Shown piece by piece: positions 26,199 to 31,554 of a stretch of 31,554 bases of DNA. Positions within the stretch are counted from its first letter, which is position 1; each line of letters starts with the position of its first letter. Source of the stretch: a virus. Taxonomy: Duplodnaviria > Caudoviricetes. The notes below the pieces were generated by a model. That model was given only the letters and a program-made list of their open reading frames with translations. It did no database searches and had not been told where the DNA came from. The position numbers were made by a program, and so were the translations under genes. The stretch lies in the IMG/VR virus record IMGVR_UViG_3300025378_000011, positions 1-31,554 of that record; one strand, 5' to 3'.

Positions 26199-26602
26199 TG
26201 AATTTCCCTTTCTTCACCCATTACGTGTATTAATGTCAACCAATTCCCGCTCATTCTAAGCAATTCAGGGGCTCCTGTTCTGCCACTACTAAGGATTATC
26301 TCGCCCGTTGAAGTGACGTAGGCTATCACATCATTGTAGGCTGATTCTGGTCGGTAGTTGAAGTTTTGATGGCGCCAATAAAGTCTACCCATACTGGTTA
26401 TCGCGTAGTAAATATCTTCATCTCCACCATCTAGAAATCCGTGAGGAAGTGGTATAGCGCCCACCTCACCGTGAAGATGACTCACATCATGAAGCATTGT
26501 CGGCGGTGATGGATAATAATAATCTCCCCTCGTAGACTGTGGTGGGACCATTATCTGTCCAAAATAATTTCTGTTTTTAACCTTGCTTTTTACTCTTTCC
26601 AT
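26195..26602 (-). CDS. NKNY-motif family member 2, 135 aa
   Basis: MERVKSKVKNRNYFGQ; SD AGAGG. Confidence 0.75.
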   Translation of the reverse strand: MERVKSKVKNRNYFGQIMVPPQSTRGDYYYPSPPTMLHDVSHLHGEVGAIPLPHGFLDGGDEDIYYAITSMGRLYWRHQNFNYRPESAYNDVIAYVTSTGEIILSSGRTGAPELLRMSGNWLTLIHVMGEEREIQ

Positions 26603-26617
26603 TTATTCGCCTCTTTT

Positions 26618-27016
26618 CTAGTACACATGGTAAAACCTACCATTCACGTGGTTAATGATTCTTCCATTTGTTATGTAATCAAATCGTGAAACCGAATTTG
26701 CCATTGATGTGGTCCGCAAATATTCGCCAAGAAGTGCTACCTCTTCGGCTCCTCGCCCAAGACCCGCATAACGCCAATAAATATCTCCGTTTAGCATTAA
26801 TGCAAAAATAATCGAACCGCCCACCCCTCCCGAAACGGGAAGTTCTAATGGTGGTTCCTCTCTCATGTAGTGAGTAAACCCGTCGTTTAATCTAACTCTA
26901 TTTTGTTCTTCTGTTGCAAGATATGGGTGGAGGAGGCGTTCAACGTCTTCTGGAAAATGAATCCGTTGACCTAAATAATTTTTATTACTAACCCTACTTT
27001 TTACTCTTTGGCCCAT
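26618..27016 (-). CDS. NKNY-motif family member 1, 132 aa
   Basis: Start moved to ATG 27016 (TAATG overlap): MGQRVKSRVSNKNYLGQ. Confidence 0.75.
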   Translation of the reverse strand: MGQRVKSRVSNKNYLGQRIHFPEDVERLLHPYLATEEQNRVRLNDGFTHYMREEPPLELPVSGGVGGSIIFALMLNGDIYWRYAGLGRGAEEVALLGEYLRTTSMANSVSRFDYITNGRIINHVNGRFYHVY

Positions 27017-27447
27017 TAGTACCAACTCCATCTTTGCCAGTGCTCCCAAGCCCTACAGGGCGTTATGTATCTATACGATATGTAATTAAGCCCACGAAGT
27101 ATCTGCTCTGTAGGCGGGGTGAACGGGCTGAGACCAAGCAACTGAGGGATTCCCCCTGCTTTTAGACCCTGACTGGTCACTTTATCTAGTGCTTTAGGGT
27201 CCCAACCCGATTCTTTGCCCCATAAATTTTGGAGACATGCGAACTGTTTATTTGTCCAAGCCTGTAATTGGTCATAGGAGAAGGCAAGGCTGTCTGTGCG
27301 AGTCCATGAATGTTTAATTTTTTGTGTTGAAACATGTTGGCTTGCTACATCTGTCTTAGACCCGTTGATGCCCATACCAATCATCAGGGCAATGGCGCAA
27401 GCCAAGAACACCCAAAGGGGCCAGTTATCCGAGCGCCTGTTACTCAT
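27016..27447 (-). CDS. Membrane-anchored lytic transglycosylase (SLT-like, actinobacterial type)
   Basis: ATG 27447 after GGAGG; N-terminal TM; CLQNLWGKESGW, GGIPQ, QILRGLNYISYRY, PCRAW...WY. Confidence 0.85.
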   Translation of the reverse strand: MSNRRSDNWPLWVFLACAIALMIGMGINGSKTDVASQHVSTQKIKHSWTRTDSLAFSYDQLQAWTNKQFACLQNLWGKESGWDPKALDKVTSQGLKAGGIPQLLGLSPFTPPTEQILRGLNYISYRYITPCRAWEHWQRWSWY

Positions 27448-27595
27448 TATCTGCCTCCGACGGTAGGGCTCCTGCGAGCGCTTCATACTTCTTGGCTAGT
27501 TCCCTCTGACCCATGTTACGGGCGAGTTCTGCCCTAGCAAGGTAATACTTTCTCTTACCTGGACCAATGTACTTCACTGGTTCGTTCACATCCAC
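27440..27595 (-). CDS. Hypothetical 51-aa protein
   Basis: Start moved to GTG 27595 after AGGAG; the longer call begins at the palindrome. Confidence 0.6.
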   Translation of the reverse strand: MDVNEPVKYIGPGKRKYYLARAELARNMGQRELAKKYEALAGALPSEADNE

Positions 27596-27610
27596 AATAT
27601 CTCCTAACTC

Positions 27611-27626
27611 GTCGGGCGTGCCCGAC
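27611..27626. repeat. 16-bp palindrome copy 3 (GTCGGGCGTGCCCGAC)
   Basis: 5 nt upstream of the AGGAG SD on the minus strand. Confidence 0.9.
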
Positions 27627-27638
27627 ATTCCGAAAGGT

Positions 27639-27679
27639 GGGTGGGCTACCGTATAATCTACAAGACCAGTAGCCCACTC
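27639..27679 (-). terminator. Stem-loop after the 77-aa gene, possible terminator or attenuator
   Basis: GGGTGGGCTAC(27639-49)/GTAGCCCACTC(27669-79), 19-nt loop; short U-run on the minus strand. Confidence 0.5.
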
Positions 27680-27696
27680 TCTTCAACGCGCCAGTA

Positions 27697-27930
27697 TTAG
27701 GCGGTGAACACCTCTGTGTATCCCCGCAAGCGGCTCTCGCTTGTGGTTACGCCCGTCTGGACGTGCTTGTACTTGCCGTTTGGCAACTTCACCCATACGG
27801 ATGAATCCTTGAAACGGCTGTTGCCCTTCTTTGCCTTGACGATGACAACCTTCTCAGCGTTGTGAGCGTCGTCTAGGGCATGTACTGCTGATACTGCCGC
27901 GGCGTGAGCCGCACTTGTATTTGCTGACAT
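27697..27930 (-). CDS. Hypothetical 77-aa basic protein
   Basis: Start moved to ATG 27930 after AAAGGGA; followed by a stem-loop. Confidence 0.7.
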   Translation of the reverse strand: MSANTSAAHAAAVSAVHALDDAHNAEKVVIVKAKKGNSRFKDSSVWVKLPNGKYKHVQTGVTTSESRLRGYTEVFTA

Positions 27931-28005
27931 GATTTGTTCCCTTTTCTGTAGTTTGATTTGACTAGTCCAGTCAAACATCCTAATACCGATTTGGTATCAG
28001 GAATT

Positions 28006-29430
28006 CTAGTATCCCGTATTTCTCCTGCCTGGCACAAAGCACAGGCAGTTATCCATAATCGTGTCGCACTCCACACAGGTGTTACAGTGCTCACAATATC
28101 CAAATGTCCACACCCTGTCAAAGTCCATGACCCCTTTGCAAGCCTTGCAAATTATGTCTATGGAATTATTGTCAAGGTCGTCCCAACCCGCATCTTTGTA
28201 CTCAATCTGCTTTCGAGTGGGTTTAGTATCCCCATTCCCCGAAGGCGAGTTGTTCTTCGTAGTAGGGATTGGGATTGGTACTTTTGGGTCACGCACCACC
28301 CCATCTTGGTCCACCGCAACCTGATGGGTTACGCACCATGGATGTGAGCCATTGGTGCCAGCCATGCTACATGACGGCGCCTTATGGAACATTGGGTTGC
28401 GACCATAGGCATCATTCCACGAGAAGTCGTGGGTGAAGCAGTAGGCCCACTTTGTTTTGCGCCCAATGGTCGCACATTCTTTCTCTACTTGGTGGTAATA
28501 GACCTTTGTCTGAGCCTGCTTTGCGAAGTCGTGCTTGTTCATTAGGATGTAAGAGATTTCCTTCCTGCCATCCTTCGAACGAGTCATCATCCAAACTGCT
28601 TTTGGGTCGCTCTCCGTCCATTCCAACTTCTTATCGAACCTCATTGTGCACAAGAAGCAGTATGGAAGGTGACCGTTACGGTCATCTACTGGGTGGGTGT
28701 TATCTTCATTGTCGCATTCCGCTGGCAGGTACTCGCCTTGTTGAAATATGCCCAAGATTTCTTCATCTCTTCGCGTATTCATGTTCCAGCATCTTGTCAG
28801 ATAGGATTCGTCTCGGTCTTGATAGTATTTTTGTGTTGGTGGTGGCGTATCCCTGCGACTACGTGCCCCTCGGTGATAAGAGTTCGACCACCATATCCCA
28901 TCCTTATCTTCATTACCCGCCGCTTTGTTAAGAATATAGAAATTCTTTTTTGCGGCTGGGTTGACAGTCAGCACCACTATCTTGCTGGGCTTTACCCAGT
29001 CCTCTAATAGATGGAGCATGAAAGGATTGTCGAGAGCACGAACGCCACCGATACTTGGCAGTAAGTCTTGGGCAAAGAAGGCGGTATCAGAGCGAGTCTC
29101 ACCCTTCTCAAGAGTGACCCCCAAGATTCCGTTATGCCCAAGATAGGTAAGCGGGTCGTGAGCCAACTGGAATGGGTGACAGTTATCTACTGTCTTGGTT
29201 CCGTGCGTAGCGATACGGCAGTGCCACATTGCATAGCCGTCAGGGTGTTCAGCCCTGACTTTCAGGAAATCGTCAATGGATTCATTGGCGTTCATGGTGC
29301 GCTTGGAGATAATCTCCGTGTCGCTCACCATAATCGCGTAGCCAAATCCATCAGGATTCTGACACGCTCCGTCTAGTAATTCATCTTTACTGGGTGTTTT
29401 CCCAGGCGGAATTGCAACTAACAAGCAAAT
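28006..29430 (-). CDS. Class II (Ntn) glutamine amidotransferase with long Cys/His-rich C-terminal extension; apparent ATT start
   Basis: (ATT)-C-L-L-V N-terminus, NPDGFG, HCRIATHG, NCHPF, HNGIL, SDT, WWSN. Confidence 0.85.
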   Translation of the reverse strand: MCLLVAIPPGKTPSKDELLDGACQNPDGFGYAIMVSDTEIISKRTMNANESIDDFLKVRAEHPDGYAMWHCRIATHGTKTVDNCHPFQLAHDPLTYLGHNGILGVTLEKGETRSDTAFFAQDLLPSIGGVRALDNPFMLHLLEDWVKPSKIVVLTVNPAAKKNFYILNKAAGNEDKDGIWWSNSYHRGARSRRDTPPPTQKYYQDRDESYLTRCWNMNTRRDEEILGIFQQGEYLPAECDNEDNTHPVDDRNGHLPYCFLCTMRFDKKLEWTESDPKAVWMMTRSKDGRKEISYILMNKHDFAKQAQTKVYYHQVEKECATIGRKTKWAYCFTHDFSWNDAYGRNPMFHKAPSCSMAGTNGSHPWCVTHQVAVDQDGVVRDPKVPIPIPTTKNNSPSGNGDTKPTRKQIEYKDAGWDDLDNNSIDIICKACKGVMDFDRVWTFGYCEHCNTCVECDTIMDNCLCFVPGRRNTGY

Positions 29431-29444
29431 GGTACACCTTCTCT

Positions 29445-30653
29445 CTATGCTTTGATTTTGAGTACGTCTAGGTCTTTGATTTTCAGGTCTTTGATACTTG
29501 GCATACGCTCGTACAACTCAGGGTAATCTCCTTGGCGATTGGTTACCCAATTCGCAAATGTCTCCCAGTCATACCAGTTTCCTTCTGCCGCAATATCTCT
29601 TGTGTACTTGGCAATAGCGTCAGCCATTCCAAGGTACGCCAAGATACTTTCTTTCTTGGTGGTGCCACGCATGAAGCGCATTTCAACCGTTGCTGGTTTA
29701 GATGTGTTCACTGCGGTGTATTTCTCACCACCTCGGCTGTCTCTATCCATCTTGTTGGCAAGGGAAAAGACTGGCCTATCCCACTCGTCAAAATCCCAAC
29801 AATCATCGAACTTTGAGTAGGTACTACGTCGGCCACCGAATTTCATCATCATCTCTGAATTGCGATAAACCAACTCAACAAAACGGTGCAAGTGAGCCTT
29901 GTCTTTGAAACCGTCACGACCTAGGTGGATATGGAATCCACAAGTTCCTGGGTCCCAACTGCGCCCGTTGTACACGTCCCTAACTTTGCCAATGGTATCC
30001 CACAAAAGTGGTTGGTCTCGGTACTTCTCATAAGTGTGAGGCTGAGTTACTAACTCAATACCACCACCGATAGAACCGTCAGACTTTGATTGAGCAATCT
30101 CGGTTGTTTGAAGTTGTGCTCTGACGAACTTAGCGGCTTCGTTGACATTAGAGCCTGGAATTTGAATCTCTAATTCAAAGCCCATCCACATCTTCTTCGG
30201 CTTACTCTCTTCGTCGAAGACACCACCAATGTCGTGGAATTGGAGGTGCGGCTGGCATGAATAGTTATGGACTGGTCTATCCTCACTACCGTTACCGCAC
30301 TCACAGCGTAGCCTATTGCCATCTTTGTCGCGTTTGCAATAATTGCAAATTGAGTTGCGTGAAACGAACTTTTCGTTGCCACCGCATGCACAAGTCCAAA
30401 AGTATCTATCAAGACAATTAGATGCTCTACATACTATTGAACTTCCAACTCGCACCTGCCAACTGCTCCATGCGGTTTCAGTGTAACGAGTATTACATTG
30501 GTTACAACTATCGGTATTAATGGAGCACTTGTAACACGCTTTAACCATTTTTGGGTGTGCGCTTCCGTCAACGCGAATGTCTCTTACAACCTTATAAAGT
30601 CCATCGTCTTCAAGAACACCGCGTGAACATACTTCGCATTTTTTTTCAGCCAT
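29445..30653 (-). CDS. Putative amidoligase (COOH-NH2 ligase, glutamine synthetase-like fold) with N-terminal CxxC repeats
   Basis: GFELEI, KSDGSI, GIELVTQP, CGFHIHL, KYTAVN, TVEMRFMRGT. Confidence 0.85.
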   Translation of the reverse strand: MAEKKCEVCSRGVLEDDGLYKVVRDIRVDGSAHPKMVKACYKCSINTDSCNQCNTRYTETAWSSWQVRVGSSIVCRASNCLDRYFWTCACGGNEKFVSRNSICNYCKRDKDGNRLRCECGNGSEDRPVHNYSCQPHLQFHDIGGVFDEESKPKKMWMGFELEIQIPGSNVNEAAKFVRAQLQTTEIAQSKSDGSIGGGIELVTQPHTYEKYRDQPLLWDTIGKVRDVYNGRSWDPGTCGFHIHLGRDGFKDKAHLHRFVELVYRNSEMMMKFGGRRSTYSKFDDCWDFDEWDRPVFSLANKMDRDSRGGEKYTAVNTSKPATVEMRFMRGTTKKESILAYLGMADAIAKYTRDIAAEGNWYDWETFANWVTNRQGDYPELYERMPSIKDLKIKDLDVLKIKA

Positions 30654-30691
30654 TTTGCATTTCCTTTTTCTCCTTTGGTAGATTATCTGTT

Positions 30692-30707
30692 GTCGGGTAC
30701 GCCCGAC
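30692..30707. repeat. 16-bp palindrome copy 4 (GTCGGGTACGCCCGAC)
   Basis: Intergenic, upstream of the amidoligase SD; extends to TGTCGGG-N4-CCCGACA. Confidence 0.9.
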
Positions 30708-30725
30708 ACTTGCTATTTAGTTTTT

Positions 30726-31019
30726 TTAATGCGGAAAGAGTAGGTCTTTGCAGAATTGTGACATCTGCGCGACTGGTACTCTACATTGAGCGGGTGTTGT
30801 TGTATGGTTTGCCCATAAGAACAAGCCTATCAACCCTGCCCAAAACGCAATCTGCGCCAAGCGACGCACGATTTTTTGTGTTGAAACGCATGCCGACGTG
30901 GACTTTGGGATAGGTGCATCGAAGCACTCGTCACACTCTGAGTGCATACATTCCCAGTGGTCATAGCATGGCTGGAGTTGCTTAACTCTCAAGTCCCATG
31001 GTTCCATCTCTAGTTCCAT
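30726..31019 (-). CDS. Hypothetical membrane protein
   Basis: TM segment LAQIAFWAGLIGLFLWA then CRVPVAQMSQFCKDLL; start uncertain (31019 or 31007). Confidence 0.6.
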   Translation of the reverse strand: MELEMEPWDLRVKQLQPCYDHWECMHSECDECFDAPIPKSTSACVSTQKIVRRLAQIAFWAGLIGLFLWANHTTTPAQCRVPVAQMSQFCKDLLFPH

Positions 31020-31108
31020 TCGGGACCTGCTAACACTTTCCAAGCCCAACGGCGTACACGCTTGCCCACCCATTGAGCATTGGCGAGATAGAACCAAACC
31101 TTAACCAT
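31010..31108 (-). CDS. Hypothetical 32-aa Trp-rich peptide
   Basis: MVKVWFYLANAQWVGKRVRRWAWKVLAGPEWN; SD GAGGTGG; TAATG coupling. Confidence 0.5.
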   Translation of the reverse strand: MVKVWFYLANAQWVGKRVRRWAWKVLAGPEWN

Positions 31109-31242
31109 TATTCCACCTCGAAATCTTGAAGAACGCGCATGACCGCATCATTGAGTTCTTCTTGTAGTTCGGCTTTATCATCTTCTGACAGGTGAGCCAC
31201 ATCTTTCGCGGTAACCCTGCTAGACCACCAATAGGTTGTCAT
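31108..31242 (-). CDS. Hypothetical 44-aa protein
   Basis: MTTYWWSSRVTAKDV...; SD GGAG; TAATG coupling at both ends. Confidence 0.6.
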   Translation of the reverse strand: MTTYWWSSRVTAKDVAHLSEDDKAELQEELNDAVMRVLQDFEVE

Positions 31243-31397
31243 TACTTGTTCTCCGTTCTGTCGGGCATGCCCGACGGTTGTTGTGGTTTTTCTGTTTGCT
31301 TAGCCTTTCCCGCTGGGTGGCGACTCATGCTCAATACTATGGCGTATTCACGCTCAAGTCTGCGCAGATACCACTTCATCTTAATCCATCTAATCAC
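31242..31397 (-). CDS. Hypothetical 51-aa protein with RHPAGK motif
   Basis: GTGA and TAATG coupling; its 3' end contains palindrome copy 5. Confidence 0.55.
   Translation of the reverse strand: MIRWIKMKWYLRRLEREYAIVLSMSRHPAGKAKQTEKPQQPSGMPDRTENK
31260..31275. repeat. 16-bp palindrome copy 5 (GTCGGGCATGCCCGAC, perfect)
   Basis: Perfect inverted repeat a few nt upstream of the next gene's SD on the minus strand. Confidence 0.9.
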
Positions 31398-31554
31398 GAG
31401 TCCATGTCCCCTCTATCGCGTAACACCTTCTCGCGCAACGCTTGAGCCTGTTCTTGCTTCACGCGCTCGCGCTCGGCACGTTCGGCTTCAAACCTTTCAC
31501 GCTCGGCGTACCATGCCAACTCAATGGCGATAACTGCGTCTAAGTCCTCTTCCT
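31394..31554 (-). CDS. 3' end of a hypothetical coiled-coil protein, truncated by the window edge
   Basis: Open frame ...EEDLDAVIAIELAWYAERERFEAERAERERVKQEQ...DMDS stop. Confidence 0.55.
   Translation of the reverse strand, partial: EEDLDAVIAIELAWYAERERFEAERAERERVKQEQAQALREKVLRDRGDMDS

Noticed and set aside
27440-27595. Sixth NKNY-family member (EPVKYIGPGKRKYY)
   Set aside because: Shares only VK and Y; lacks N[KR]NY and the spacing.
27596-27628. ORF start MSGTPD at 27628
   Set aside because: It is a by-product of the palindrome sequence; the AGGAG SD points to GTG 27595 or 27589.
15302-31275. CRISPR array or mini-array, suggested by palindromic repeats plus a Cas4-like gene
   Set aside because: Copies are 16 bp and 0.5-7 kb apart with no regular spacers; stand-alone Cas4-like nucleases are common in phages.
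1-31554. tRNA, rRNA, integrase/att site, transposase or alternative genetic code
   Set aside because: No cloverleaf or catalytic motifs seen by eye, and genes end normally at TAA, TAG and TGA. tRNAscan and cmscan were not run.

Overview
This window is part of a tailed dsDNA phage genome, most likely a podovirus-like phage of Actinobacteria (WhiB gene, leaderless promoter, actinobacterial-type transglycosylase and split primase). It has three blocks. (1) 1-14716 (+): virion and lysis genes, with probable internal/ejection proteins, scaffold, major capsid protein, tail adaptor, fibre, beta-propeller and nozzle-like proteins, and an enlarged lysis cassette, ending at a bidirectional terminator. 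(2) 15373-22343 (+): replication and regulation genes driven from a divergent promoter pair, with a two-part Cas4/RecB-like nuclease, helicase, resolvase, split primase, dNMP kinase, phosphoesterase, two HNH proteins and a sigma-like factor. (3) 22369-31554 (-): early/accessory arm of small coupled ORFs, with WhiB, a transglycosylase and an amidoligase plus class II glutamine amidotransferase pair. No terminase, portal, DNA polymerase, integrase, tRNA or CRISPR array is visible. The most notable unexplained signals are five tandem genes sharing an N-terminal V[KR]xx[VI]xN[KR]NY motif, a 16-bp palindrome GTCGGG-N4-CCCGAC found five times and only in the non-structural half, a pseudoknot-like leader upstream of the scaffold/capsid genes, a split Fe-S nuclease with an inserted ORF, and two genes that appear to need ATT or CTG/ATA start codons. 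All product calls come from motif recognition by eye, not database searches.
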